Below are positions 25,423 through 39,469 of a DNA stretch of 64,000 bases, piece after piece. Source of the stretch: Chiloscyllium plagiosum (taxonomy: Eukaryota); assembly GCF_004010195.1 (NCBI RefSeq), contig NC_057734.1:25174382-25238381 (forward strand), written 5' to 3'. The notes beneath the pieces are model-generated. The model was not told the DNA's origin, ran no database searches, and saw nothing but the letters and a program-made list of their open reading frames with translations. The position numbers and the translations under genes are program-made. How positions within the stretch are numbered: position 1 is the stretch's first letter; each line of letters opens with the position of its first letter.

Positions 25423-25584
25423 CTGGTCTGTTGTCTGTTGGAGGAGAAAGCAAATCTCTCATTTGGGCATCTTTTAATCCTTCCACCCATCTAAGATCCA
25501 TAGTTCTCAGCAATGGACAACTAGAGCTGCAAAGTGCAGAGATTGCTGCCCAGGAGCAGCCTGAAACAACCAAGTCTTTAAGAC
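25423..25584 (-). CDS. KDM2B: KDM2B exon (LRR)
   Basis: [54 protein letters not shown]; acceptor ttttcag, donor gtagga; 162 nt. Confidence 0.95.
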
Positions 25585-28500
25585 CTGAAAAGGGGAATAC
25601 AAAGTTGAACGAACCAGCTTGACAGCAGTTTGAATGTAATGTGCTGAAAGGCTGTGTTGAAGAAATTAATATAAATCTTTTAAAAACTATAAATGATTAA
25701 CACAGGAATCACAAAACATGACAAGAACAACTACAAAAGAAACACCAAACTCACTGGCTTATTCCCACAAAGGAGCTGAATGTGCTCATGTACTGGTAGT
25801 AACCTAATGAAATTTTTTAAGAATAAAACAACTATGAATTATGTAACCTCATCAAATCAAGTAGCAGCTGCCCTAATGTTTCAGTCGTGTGAATGGTGGT
25901 CAGCAACCTAGAAGTTCCACTGCCTCATGCTAATATTGTGTTTTCATATTAAAAGATGCTGATGTAGTTTATTCACATTTGCCCCACTTATGTACTTGTC
26001 ACCAGGTGGAGAGACATGCTATCACTGGATATCACATAGCTGTCACCCAACAAGGAATCAAGCAATCTCAATGTTGAAATCGTTGCCTTTAATCTTTTTG
26101 CACTGCCTGTCAGAAGTAGCAACTTGAGCAATATTTCCTTTTCCCTCTGCATTAGATGTCGTTAAGCAAAGTTCTGATACACTTGTCTACACTGTTGTTA
26201 ACAACGTATATTTTCCTCCATTGATCAAAATATGTTAAGAAACAATGACCAAAGTGTTTGATTTTTCTGGAAGATACAAAAGGGCTTTAAATTTCCGTTG
26301 AAGTTAAAAATGCAGGATTTTAAATTAACATAGAAACAAGCATACTCTGACTCTGATCTTTTATGAACCAAAATATGTCTCAGAGTCACCCATCTCATCA
26401 GAAACAAGTGTTTTTTAAAAAGTAAGAGTATATTTAACATGTAAATCTTAACACCTTGGTACACAGGGTGATTTGGGAGTATTTCAGCAATTCATATCGA
26501 ATGAGACAACAGAGTGTTTAGGAAACAAATTCACAATATTCTAGCCAAAGTCAGGATTATGACACATCTTTTCATGAAAATGACTGGAGTAAATCTATCA
26601 CCTGCCTATCATTCATATTGCCGACAGAAACTTGGATAATGCTGATCTTGCCCCTTTTCTCTTTGGCATAATAGAGAAACTCCCGTGTCATTGCTTTGGG
26701 ATCACATTCAAATGTAAAATGTAGCACCTATTCAGATGAACTTTAATTTGCCTTTTCCCTCTCTTTCTCGGAAGCAACCACGGTCTATTGGCATGTTTTG
26801 GGAATTCATTGTCAAAGTCCACAACATGTCAATCAATGGCACAACGCAACATTGCTATACACAAATACAGAAGTCTTTTTAGGATTTGCAGTTTTATTTT
26901 CTGGTAAAGAAACTATCATTGGCATTGTCGAAACAATGCTATTTATTGTCCAAACCCAAACAAGAATAGCAGCATGACAATCTGCAAGTGTTTGCCAATC
27001 AACACTGTAATTTGACTCCTGCTCCACAAATGGTGCCAAGGCAATCAAGCACTGCATACCTTCCTGAGGCAGCACAAGCACTTAAAAAACGGATTACACT
27101 CAAATATCCTAATTAGCTCAGAGACCACCCTGCAACTACACAAAAAATCTTGGACTTGATTCAATCTCAATGTCATGACATTGGCCAGTATGGAACAAAA
27201 GCCATATTATCCACACCAAATTCCACACTGTGCAAGGATGCAAACCATATCTGTTAAATACAAATCTGACATGACAAAATGAAGGCAGCACAAGACATCT
27301 GACGACAAAAATGTACAAGAATGAGTAATAGTGCTGGCTTGATCAGAGCCCTAGTCCTGGCAATACACAAGTTATGCGAGTTTACAGTTATTTGCCATTA
27401 AAGAAGGAGTGATGACAAATTCAGAAAGCAATCTGTACTGCCAATAGAGCCTCCGCATTAACATTATTTCTTGATCTTATACCAAGGTTCCAGCACAATC
27501 AACAAGGTAGAATATAAAGCACTTTCACTCCTACGTTCGTTAGATAGTCTCATTCATTTACTCACATATTCGTCTATAACAAATAAATCTTTTCCCCATC
27601 TTACCTACCGAAAAGGTATTGTCCAAACTCATTCCACTTAATAAAAAACCCTATTCTTTGCCAACTGTAACACTTCCATTTCTGTACAGCTGAAGATCCT
27701 TGCAGCATTTTTCTGGCTGAAAGCACTTTTATTTTCACAGTTAAGAGTATATTTGGATCAGAAAAGGGGAAAAGAAAACTCCTACGCAAAGTACAGGCTT
27801 CAAAAGGAAGTGATTAATAAAAATCAGTAAGGGGAGAAGAGCGTTCATGTATTCGTTCATGGCAAAGTGTTATTGCACATTCCTAATCATCCTCAAGAAG
27901 CTGGTGAGTTGCCTCTTGAACCACCGCAGGTCAGTGTGTGAAGGTTCTCCTACAGTGCAGTTAGAGAATGTGGTGCAGTTATAGGTAGTGAGTTGCCTCT
28001 TGAACCTCCGCAGTGTGTGAAGATTCTCCTTACAGTGCAGTTATACGGAGGGTGTTCCAGGATTTTGACCTGACAGCAAGAGGAAAGTGGTTATAGTCAG
28101 GATGGTCTGCAATTTTAGTGGAATTTTGCAGATACCCTTATCCTTCTGTGACTTGCGTTGTCAGTGTGAACAAAGGACTGCATTTCCACAAAGACTGTAT
28201 GGTAGTGATTCTATCAATGTGGTCATGGACAGGTACATCTATGGCAGTAAATCACTTGGACAGATTTTCCTCTCCTTCACATCAGTTATCTCACTATCTG
28301 CCTCTGCCCCATTGTGTCCTACAGGGCCCAACCAGCTTAGTCAGTGAATGGTAATGTATTGTTTTCAATCAGAGAAGTGTGAATCTTAGGAACTGTTTAT
28401 CTCAGAGGTATAGTGGTGCTGCCATCTAGTCAGTGGACTAGAAAATGGAATTGAGGTAGAAAATCAACTATGATTGTACCGAATGTAGAGCTGACACAAA

Positions 28501-28981
28501 GAGTCAAATGGTCTACTCCTGCTCCCATTTTTTTCATGTTCTTAAACAGATTTAAGCTATTGCTATGCTACGTTCACTGCAACATTGCTTTGAATTAGTT
28601 AGAAAACTGTAAATGTTAATGAATGTAAAGTCAAAAACAATTTTCTTTGGAAGCCAACACTGGCTATGAAAGATATGAAAGCATCAAAGCTCTGCTCCTT
28701 CACCTGAGGCAAGCTTGTGATTTCAATTAAATCTGTTGGACTATAACCTGGTCCAAGGTAAAACATTGTGAGATCTGAACTTCTGGATTAAACCAGGTGC
28801 CAATCAGGTGATCTTCCCAAATTGTGAAGGTGGGAGAATTATACTTACAGGTCAGGCTGACAATAACCAGACTAAATTATTGGCCAGAAAACAAAAGCAA
28901 GAATAGTATTCAGTAGAAAATATATTTATAATAATCAGAAAACATTATTGATTTTTTTTTCCTAATATTAACTACAACAAA

Positions 28982-29302
28982 GCAGCACAGTGGCTAGCAC
29001 TGCTGCCTCACAGTGCCAGGGACGCAGGTTCGATTCCGGCCTTGGGCAACTGTCTGTGTGGAGTTTGCAGGTTCGACTCCCGCCTCCTGGTGTCTGTGTG
29101 GATTTCCTCCAGGTGCTCTGGATTCCAAAAGATGTGCACCGACCATGCTAATTGCCCATAGTGATAGGCGCATTAGTCAGGGGTAAATACAGGAATGGGG
29201 AATGGGTCTGGGTGGATTATTCTTCAGAGGTTCAGTGTGGACCTGTTGGGCCAAACAGCCTGTTTCCATATTGTAGGAAATCTAATCATCTAATCTAATC
29301 TA
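28982..29302 (+). mobile_element. HE1-like SINE
   Basis: gcacagtggctagcactgctgcctcacag A-box head, ggttcgattcc B-box and (taatc)n tail. Confidence 0.8.
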
Positions 29303-29881
29303 ACCAAAAGGCACCTCCCTGCACTAAATGTCAACCATATTTGTTAACTTTTATCGTGGTAAATCCTCTTGTTATACTTGTATTCCTGATTACATCCTGA
29401 TCGCTGGGTGTTCTGAGGTTGTCAGCCAAACCTATCACTATGGAATAACATTCCATTTCACAGTACTATGGCAAGCAAGTTAGATTATTTTTATAATTCC
29501 ATTCCCCACAGACAAGAAAGATCTTTGAGAAAGGATCTGACCCTGAACAATTCCCATTTCTCAGTTTATTTCCTTGGAAACTTCTTTTGTAGGGTGGTGT
29601 GCAAATAGAGCTAAATGATAAATTAATATTGATTACTAATGTTACACCATAATCCCAATTATCATTGAGAAAACACACATTTCCATTCAATAGTTCTGCT
29701 TATTTGGACAGTCTTGAAATAAAATGAAAACCAGCCCAAATAAAAAATGATGCAATAAACTTATTCTTCAGAATTATGGGTGACATATTCAAGATGCAGT
29801 TTTGGGTAGAACCTGTGGAAATGCTTATTTACATATTCAGTGAAGTGTATGTAAACTTAGGTGCATAGTCTGACTGGTTCA

Positions 29882-30145
<264 letters not shown>

Positions 30146-30169
30146 TTATAGAACTTGTGAATTGCTGGA

Positions 30170-33115
30170 GAAAGTGACCACCTTGTTGAAGTCATCAGGG
30201 CAGAATCACAAAAATACCAAATTTTAAAATGAACAATTCATACTGCACAAGGGAGCTAATTGGTGCTTTGTTCATGGCAATGTCTTAACCAAACAATGGT
30301 TTTTTCCACGTTTTTGCTGAAATTTAAACCAGGCAAGTTGATTCTGATTGGTCAAGATGTTCTCACGGGAATTACCCCAAGAAACTGTTGTCCAATCCTT
30401 TGTTTAGTTTTAAAAATAAAAGACACAATGCCTGGAAGTGTTCATTTTACTTCTAGAGGACAGACAGGATTCCACATGTTAAGATATGCAAATTTCCAGC
30501 CAACCTGTTAGCCGCATTGCAAGCCTGACCAATAATCTTGAACTGTTTGTTTGTGTATTTCTTAGTGCAGTCAGGTTGGTTCAGCAAGTCCTGCTCAATC
30601 ATGGAATCAAACCTAGTTAGATGCTATGTTCTGAGCTTTGCAAGCCTGGCTTGATTGAGTAACATTCAGAATCTGCCTGATGCAAACAACCAATGGTATG
30701 ATTCATCAGTCATTGAGAAGTTCAGCCTACATACTTGACATCATAGCAGTACTGAAATTTCTACACTACTGTATTTACTTGTGTGGCAGACAGAACATCC
30801 TCTGACTTGATGACATCCTGTTAATAGCAGTGAAAAATGACTAACTTTCCCCATTTCTCTGAAAGTGACACACTGGATCCATTCTTTTGGGCGATATATA
30901 GTAAGCAATGATGTGATCCATCCACTATCTGACTTGATGCATCGATTTGGTAACAAACCTGTATAATGAGCAAAAGCTTATGGTCCTATTTATGAGGTTG
31001 CTCATAAGGCTAATCTTGTTGCATAGAGCTATATGGATCCCAATAGAAATAATAGTAAAAGTTTCTTTCAGTACATAAGAAACAAACGACAGGCAAAAGT
31101 AGACATTGGGCCACTTCAAACTGATGCAGGAAGCCTAGTGATGGGAGATAAGGAAATAGCAGGAGAACTTAACAAGTACTTTGCGTCAGTTTTCACAGTG
31201 GAAGACATGAGCAATATCCCAAAAATTAAAGGGTGTCACGGGGCTGAGTTGAGGGTTGCCATTACGAAAGAGATAGTGCTAGAAAAGTTAAAAAGTCTTA
31301 AAATTGATAAATCTCCTGGCCCCGACGGGATACACCCTAGAGTTCTGAGAGAGGTGGCTGAGGAAATAGCAGAGGCATTGGTTGAAATCTTTCAAGAGTC
31401 ACTGGAGTCAGGAAAGGTCCCGGATGATTGGAAGATGGCTGTTGTAACCCCCTTGTTCAAGAAAGGATCAAGGCAAAAGATGGAAAATTATAGGCAAATC
31501 AGCTTAACCTCGGTTGTTGGTAAAATTCTAGAATCCATCACTAAGGATGAGGTTTCTAAATTCTTGGAAGAGCAGAGTCTGATTAGAACAAGTCAACATG
31601 AATTTAGTAAAGGGAGGTCATGCCTGACAAACCTGTTGGAATTTTTTGAAGAGGTAACAAGTAGGTTAGACCAGGGAAACCCAGTGGATGTGGTCTATCT
31701 AGACTTTCAAAAGGCCTTTGATAAGCTGCCACACGGGAGGCTGCTGAGCAAGGTGAGGGCCCATGGTGTTCGAGGTGAGCTGCTGGGATGGACTGAGGAT
31801 TGGCTGTCTAACAGAAGGCAGAGAGTTGGGATAAAAGGTTCTTTTTCAGAATGGCAGCCGGTGACGAGCGGTGTCCCGCAGGGTTCGGTGCTGGGGCCAC
31901 AGCTGTTCGCATTATATATGAATGATTTGGATGAGGGAACCGGGGCATTCTAGCGAANNNNNNNNNNNNNNNNNNNNNNNNNNNNNNNNNNNNNNNNNNN
32001 NNNNNNNNNNNNNNNNNNNNNNNNNNNNNNNNNNNNNNNNNNNNNNNNNNNNNNNNNNNNNNNNNNNNNNNNNNNNNNNNNNNNNNNNNNNNNNNNNNNN
32101 NNNNNNNNNNNNNNNNNNNNNNNNNNNNNNNNNNNNNNNNNNNNNNNNNNNNNNNNNNNNNNNNNNNNNNNNNNNNNNNNNNNNNNNNNNNNNNNNNNNN
32201 NNNNNNNNNNNNNNNNNNNNNNNNNNNNNNNNNNNNNNNNNNNNNNNNNNNNNNNNNNNNNNNNNNNACTTAATAGAGGCGTACAAAATAATACATGGCT
32301 TGGAAAAGGTGGATGCTAGGCAATTGTTTCCGTTAGACGAGGAGACTAGGACCTGTGGACACAGCCTTAGAATTAGAGGGGGTCGTTTCAGAACAGAAAT
32401 GCGGAGACATTTTTTCAGCCAGAGAGTGGTGGGCCTGTGGAATTCATTGCCACGGAGTGCAGTGGAAGCCGGGATGCTAAATGTCTTCAAGGCCGAGATT
32501 GATAGATTCTTGTTGTCTAGAGGAATTAAGGGCTACGGGGAGAACGCTGGTAAGTGGAGCTGAAATGCGCATCAGCCATGATTGAACGGCGGAGTGGACT
32601 CGATGGGCCGAATGGCCTTACTTCCACTCCTATGTCTTATGATCTTATGGTCAACAGGTATATTAACACGTAACAATAGGCTTTTGGCAGATAGGAGTAG
32701 AGAACCCATTCGTAGAATTTTCAACTATCATGTCAAGAAAATGCAGTTCATTAGAGTCTGTTATTTCTAAGGCAAATTTGAGCTTGGGATGCAGCCCATG
32801 AAGGTGTACAAGGAAAATAAAATATCGAGGAACTTCACTCTTATCAATGAAGCAAAGATTTGAAGACAACACTCCAGGGCATTTCCTGTGCCAACATTGC
32901 AACCAGAGTTGACTTGCCTGATTAGAACGTAAACTAAAGCTTGGAAATAATTGATTGGTGACACTTTGACCAGAGTCGACTTGCCAAACAAGCAAGATCC
33001 TTTTCTTGTGCAGCATAAATTGTTATTCCTTTGGAGAGTTACCATTCTTGTGAATCTGAACTGATGTGTGAGAAACAAAAAGCCTTGGCAGCATGCCCCT
33101 TTGTACAGTAACAAA
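30170..33115 (-). mobile_element. Decayed third-family Penelope-like element split by a CR1 insertion
   Basis: LHGLHPKLKFALEITDSNELHFLDMIVENSTNGFSTPICQKP (32663-32900) continues after the CR1 as KISLMSNLINRTISFCS (30925-31030). These are PLE RT thumb-type motifs. Confidence 0.6.
31041..32650 (+). mobile_element. Young CR1 LINE ORF2 (RT) with N-gap and 3'UTR
   Basis: 306-aa ORF: [55 protein letters not shown]-terminus LIEAYKII...FFSQRVVGLWNSLP. Tail cttatg repeats. Confidence 0.92.
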
Positions 33116-33339
33116 CTTTTAAACAGAATTTTTTCATGTTAATTACCATAAAATAACATAGGTTGATCTGGTTACATTATTTGGTGACAGCATAAGACTG
33201 TGGAAATTAAAACAAAACTTCTCGTAACTATCGTCAACTTTATTTTCTTTTCCTCACAAATATACTCTGTGCTAAGATATAATATAGATGATAGAGAATA
33301 ACAATATTAAAAAGCAGAGTTAGTAAGGCAACATGAAGA

Positions 33340-33860
33340 GGAAATCATACCTAATGAATTTATTCCAGTTCTTTGAGGAGGTATCAAGCAGGGTAGATAA
33401 AAGGGAACCAGTAGATGGACTATATTTTGATTTCCATAAGGCATTTGATAAGGTACCTCACACAATTCTACTTCAGAAGGGACTTTGGTGTTCGGGGTAG
33501 TACACTAGCAAGGCTAAAGGATTCACTAACTAATAGAAGAGAGTTGAGATAAAGCTATATTTTCAAGATGCAACTTGTAACTAGAAGGACCAAAAGGATC
33601 AGTGCAGAGACCATGATTATTTATAACATATCGTAATGATTTGGATGACAGAAGTGAATGTATTATTACCAAGTTTTCAGATGACACAAAATAGGTAGGA
33701 AGCAAGTAATCAAGCTGACACAAGTGTATACAGAGTGATATAGATAGCTTAAGTGGGTAACTGCTTAGCAGATGAAATAGAATGTTGGGAAAAGGTGAAA
33801 TAGGGTTATATATATCAGCAGGAAGAACAGAAACACTAAATGTTTACATGGAGAAAGGTT
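33340..33860 (+). mobile_element. Decayed CR1 RT fragment
   Basis: gatttccataaggcatttgataaggtacc (DFHKAFDKVP) and aagttttcagatgacacaaaa (KFSDDTK). Confidence 0.65.
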
Positions 33861-33917
33861 TGTACCATAGCTGAATCAGCGGGACAGCGCGGGGTCCTGC
33901 AGCCGCACGGCACGGGA

Positions 33918-35890
33918 TCTCACCGACGACCTCACCTCCCATCACCAAACCATTATCTCCTCGACCATACACAACCTCATCACCTCAGGAGATCTCCCAC
34001 TCAGTTTCCAACCTCATAGTGCGGGAACCTCTCACCGCCTGATTCTACCGCCTTCCCAAGATCCACAAGCCTGACCACCCCGGCCAACCCATTGTCTCAG
34101 CCTGCTCCTGCCCCACCGAACTCATCTCCACCTACCTCGATACTGTGGTCCAGGAACTCCCCACATACGTTCGGGGACACCACGCACACCCTCCACCTCC
34201 TCCAAGACTTCAGTTTCCTTGGACCCCAATGCCTCATCTTCACACTGGACATCCAATCCCTCTACACCTCCATCTGCCATGACAAAGCCTCCAAGTACTC
34301 CGTTTCTTCCTCTCTCAACGTCCCCACCAGTACCCTTCCACTGACACTCTCATTCAGTTGGCTGAACTGGTCCTCACCCTCAATAATTTCTCCTTCCAAT
34401 ACTCCCACTTCCTCCAGATGAAATGGGGAGCCCTGGACACCCACATGGGCCCCAGGTATGCCTGTCTATTTGTCAGCTATGTGGAACAGTCAGTAGTTAC
34501 ACCGGCACCACTCCCCACCTCTTCCTCCACTACATTGATGACTGCATCGGCGCCACCTCGTGCTCACGCGAGGAGGTTGAACAGTTCATCAACTTCACCA
34601 ACACATTCCACCCCGACCTTAAATTCACCTGGACCATCTCAGACACCTCCCTCCCCCTCCTGGACCTCTCCATCTCCAACAATGGTGACCAACTCAACAC
34701 TGACATTTTTTGCAAACCCACCAACTCCCACAGTTATTTGTATTACATCTCCTCCACCCTGCCTCCTGTAAAAATGCTCTCCCGTATTCCCAATTCCTCC
34801 ACCTCTGCCGCACCTGCTCCCAGGAGGACCAGTTTCACCATAGAACACACCAGATGGCCTCCTTTAAAGACCGCAATTGCCCCTCCCACGTGGTTGAAAA
34901 TGCCCTCCAACGTATCTCATCCACTTGCTGCACCTCTGCCCTTGAACCCCATCCCTTCAACCACAACAAGGAGAGAACCCCCATGATCCTCGCCTTCCAC
35001 CCCACCAACCTTCGTAACAACGCATCATCCTCCGCCATTTCTGCCACCTACAAACAGACCCCACCACCCTCCCCATCCCTTTCCGCTTTTCATAAAGACC
35101 ATTCCTTCAGTGACTACCTCATCAGGTCCACACTCTCTCCCCCCACCTCCAACAACCCACCCTCCCCTCCCGACACCTTCCTTTACCACCACAGGAATTG
35201 CAAAACCTGTGCCCACACCTCCCTCTTCACCTCCGTCCAAGGCCCCAAAGGCTTCCACATCCAGCAAAGTTTCACTTGCACTTCCACACGTGTGATTTAT
35301 TGTATCCGTTGCTCCTGAAGTGGTCTCCTCTACATTGAGGAGACAGGACGCCTTCTCGCAGAGCGCTTCAGAGAACATTTCAGAACACCCGCACCAATCA
35401 ACCCCACTGCCCTGTGGCAGAATACTACAACTCCCCCTCCCATTCCACCGAGGACATGCAGGGCCTGGGCCTCCTCCATTGCCACTACCTTACCATCTGA
35501 CACCTGCAGGAAGAATGCCTCATCTTCCACCTCGGGTCCCTCCACCCCATAGCATCAATGTGGATTTCACTAGTTTCCTCATTTCCCCTCCCTCCACCGT
35601 ATCCCAGTTCCAACCTTCCAGCTCAGCACCGCCCTCACGACCTGTCCTACCTGTCCGTTCCACTTTCCCCTCCGACCTATCACCTTTACCCCCACCTCCA
35701 TCCACCTATTGCGCTCTCAATTACCTTCCCGCCAGCCTGACCTCCCCCTCCCATTTATCTCTCCACCCGCAAGGCTCCCTGACTCATTCCTGTCGTTGAT
35801 TCTCCTGCTCCTCGGATGCTGCCTGACTTGCTTGCTTTTCCAGAACCACACTCTCGACTCTAACCACCAGCATCTGTAGTCCTCACCTTC
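33918..35890 (+). mobile_element. Penelope-like element (RT + GIY-YIG + pLTR), frameshifted
   Basis: FYRLPKIHKPDHPGQPIVS, LDIQSLYTSI, YIDDCIG, FHPDLKFTW, FTCTSTRVIYCIRC, YIEETGR. The terminal pLTR at 35750-35890 lacks the hammerhead core. Confidence 0.85.
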
Positions 35891-36199
35891 AACTAATATA
35901 TTAGTTGCCTACTTTCAGTCCAAGTTCAATTAATCCAAAATCTATTAAAGCAGCCAAAGCGCTTTGGAGAAAAATGAAAGTGGTCTACACCAACTATTAC
36001 TGAATTAGCATTGATGGGGTAGACCAGTGAAAGTCATCAGGGTTTTAAATATTGTATAATAGATAATATTTCAATGGGTTTACAATGTGCAACTTTACAG
36101 CTTGAAATAAACTTGCAAGGCAGAGAAATATAACTAAAATTCTGCACAAAGTATTTGTTCCCCTGCATTTCAGATAATAAGGAAATAAATATAAGCAAA

Positions 36200-36318
36200 T
36201 GTTACAGATTCTGGAAATCAAACAAACTCAAACAATGCTGGAAAACCCAGCAGCTCTGGAAGAAGTGGAAAGTGAAAGAGTTAACATTTTGAATCAAATA
36301 TGACTCTTCATCAGAACT
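36200..36318 (-). mobile_element. Old PLE-type terminal repeat with degenerate hammerhead
   Basis: Minus: agtt CTGATGA agagtca tatt tgattc aaaat gtta actc. Related fragments occur at ~4307-4370 and ~4677-4735. Confidence 0.5.
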
Positions 36319-36350
36319 TTATGAACAGCAATAGGAAATAAAATGCTTAC

Positions 36351-37030
36351 CATCTGTTCCAGGTTTTACAGACTCTCATGCAAATGCATAAATCTTTTCT
36401 ACTGAGGTAGCCAAACACAGCCATCCACACTTCTCGTTGCATGACATGGTCTTCACCATCATCAAGGGGCAGAGAGTCTGGGGGTGGGCTGACAGGGGGA
36501 GGCCGCACAACATGTCTCTCCATTTGAATGGACTTAGTTGGTGACACAGAGGGTGGGGGTCTAGTGATAACCCTGGGAGCCCGCCTCAAGCTCGTGGTAA
36601 GGTGATGCCTAAGCCTAGGAGTCCCATTTAATCCTTTGCTTAATCTGTGAAGTCTTTCACTGCTTGCCGGCAGTCGTTTAGGCTTCTCTACTTTTTCACC
36701 CTCTCCTTCAGATTTAATTGGTTGATGATTCTCATTTGCCAGGCTGGTCTCAGTTTTATGAATCTCTTGATTGAGTTCTTTGCTTAGTTCTTTACTAAGT
36801 TCTTTATTGTGCAATCGCTTCTTGCGTTTCTCTTTAAACCTCTCACTTTTCTTTTCTTTGGCCTCTGCACTTTCAGTACTGGGACCAGCTCTTGGAGAGC
36901 TTGACCTAGACTGGTCACTCTCCTTTGTTTTCTGAGGTGTCTCTGGTGGATCATCTTCAGGCTCCTGCTTGATAGTTCGCAATGTTTTGACAATTGTTGG
37001 GTGATCTTCACTTGGCTGCAAGGATTTTTT
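36351..37030 (-). CDS. KDM2B: KDM2B large exon (coiled-coil, proline-rich region, F-box)
   Basis: [10 protein letters not shown]...KQEPED...[13 protein letters not shown]...[16 protein letters not shown]...[54 protein letters not shown]; acceptor caatag, donor gtaagc; 680 nt, phase 0/2. Confidence 0.95.
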
Positions 37031-37194
37031 CTATTGAATAGAAAAATGAAGTGCATGAAACATTCAAATTAATGCGCTTAACATTTCAAGTAACATGCTG
37101 AAACATCTATGCACAATAATATAAAAAGACAGGCTTGCATTGTTACTGTTGCTTTCTTGCTCAGCACACATCCAATTTTATAGCCAATGGAGCA

Positions 37195-37510
37195 CTGGAA
37201 AATGTACGCATTATTATATGTGATAGCCTGTGTGTGTGCAGCAGACTCTCACAAACAAACAGCAATAAAACAGCAATAAACGTGCTTTTGCCACATTGAT
37301 TTTGGGATAAATATTGCCAGACACAAGGGACAACTCCCAAAAGTGCCATAAGATCTTTTATATCCATTTGAAGAGGAAGACTCGGTTTCAATTTAGCAGT
37401 TTATCTGAAAGACAACACCTCCAACAGTACAAGGCTTCCTCAGCACTGGTTTTCTTGCGCTGAAGTCTTACAGTGGAACTTGAGCTGACAACCTTCTAAC
37501 TCAGTGAAGC
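37195..37510 (-). mobile_element. Deu-domain SINE (SacSINE1/AmnSINE1-like), degenerate
   Basis: Minus strand resembles the Deu core: ggatataaaagatcttatggcact...gggagttgtcccttgtgtctggcaatatttatccc, preceded by a tRNA-like head remnant. Confidence 0.55.
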
Positions 37511-37814
37511 TCTAATAACCCCTGGCATGAGTTCCAATATGGTTCTGTTATTGGAACTTCGCAACATTTTAAAAAAGTAAATCAGGGCACGTGCGCTGTG
37601 TTTTGCTGACAGGGAAATCATTTACTGTTCATCCCTGGTTGAGCTTGAGAAGATTGTGGTGAGTTGCCTCGTGGAAGGACTGCATTTGGGGTAGATATAC
37701 CCATTATGCTGTTAGGGGGTGAGTGCCAGGAATTTGACCCAGTGACAGGGAAGGAACTGTTTGCTAACAGATTGTAACAGAGAACTGAAAATACAGTCTA
37801 ACTAGATACATAAA

Positions 37815-37986
37815 CAGAGGAACCTCGATTATCCGAAGGACACGGGTAGGGAGTATTTCATTTGGTTATTCAAATTCCAGATAACTGAATGCCAGATAAC
37901 AATTTAGCCGTGCATTGGGACCTTGCGAACTTGCCGGATAATCAGAAATTTGGAAAATTGAATGCCAGATAATCGAGATTCCTCTG
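37815..37986. mobile_element. Tigger/pogo-type MITE (172 bp)
   Basis: TIRs CAGAGGAACCTCGATTATC ... GATAATCGAGATTCCTCTG, TA on the right flank, internal gataa repeats. Confidence 0.8.
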
Positions 37987-39469
37987 TACTTAATCTTCTC
38001 CTGCCAAGCAATGATCCAAACCAATGATTACTGTGAATTATGAATGGAAGATATTGCACATAAATTAACTATTTCCAAAATAGTATCGTCATATAAGCCA
38101 AAAAGAAAATTCATTGCAAGAAAGCAATAGACTTTTACATTCTTCGGGAGGAAGATACAAATGATGAACAGCAGCTGAATTCTTGTCATTTGCTGCGAGA
38201 TTTATAATCTAGGGGCAATCGATGAGTAATAGTTCCAATGTAGAAAGACATGCTGAGCAGCAGTTGAACGTGATCGGATTTGCAAGCTTATCATTAAAAC
38301 ACCATGGTCAAGTTCAAGTTTAAATTGAATAGGATGTTTACGTCAGTTATTAGCCGTTATTCTTATATTTTTATCACCTTAAAAACACTCCATTGTTGAG
38401 AATAATCTTAATACTCAAGCTCGTAAAATGGAAAGAAAATGACTCCTCAAGCTACACAGTAATGCCTAAAAAAACAGCAGGATGCCTCAGTCACTAGAAA
38501 TTAGAAAAAACATTACATGAGCAACATAACTTAGCGTAATCTTGTAGAAAAGCAAAGAACAGTGAGGGGACTGCCAAAAAAAGGTATTTTAAAATAACAT
38601 TTGTAGATTTTCTAGATTGAAAATTGCAGAACTTTTGATTCTATGTTATATCCTCCCTGGTACTTCACCCTTCACTACACACAATGTTAAAAAAATAGAT
38701 ACACAATGAGTAAAAGTTTGAAGTTGCTCATCTTATCCTAACATATCGAATTTGGGGCCAGAATAGAATATAGAAGAGTGTAGGATATTGTAACTTTGTG
38801 CTTATGGTGGTGTATATACGTCAGGAATTCAAATACACACCACAGGAAAATCATTGAGTAAACTGTGCTCAGGAAGTCTGGTAATAGAGGCTTGTATCTG
38901 AAAGCTCCTAGACTGTTGTCAAAACCTCCTGCTATCATCCTTCAGAGAAGGGAACCAATCACTTTGTATCTGAGTACATGATGACTCTGAGAAAAACTGA
39001 GGGTATGCAATAAATGTCTTACTTGAAGCAAGACAATTTAAATCAAAAGCTGCAGTGACTCTCTACAAGAGTTCTTTTCAACAGAAAAAAAACTAGCATA
39101 AAAATCTGTAGATTAAAGACAAGAAAAATGGAATATGTGCAAATGGTAACGTAGCTTAAAAAGCAGAGGATCCCAAGTTTCATTTCTCATCTATCCAGAA
39201 TTAATTGAACACAGGACTGCAGGGAAAGGTTTGGAATGTATAATTAGGCTAGCCAAAGACTGTGGAGAATGATGATTTTGGTCATGGGCATGCAAGTTAG
39301 GCATCTCTGCTGATATTTGACTGCTATTCATTCAAAGTGCTATTCAATTAGTCTCACTCCCATGATCTTTCCCCATTTCCTGACAATTACTTTAATTTTC
39401 AAATATATAGCCTATCTATTTCTAAAAATTGCCATTTGACCTGCTTGCATCATCTTTTAAAGTAGTGCA

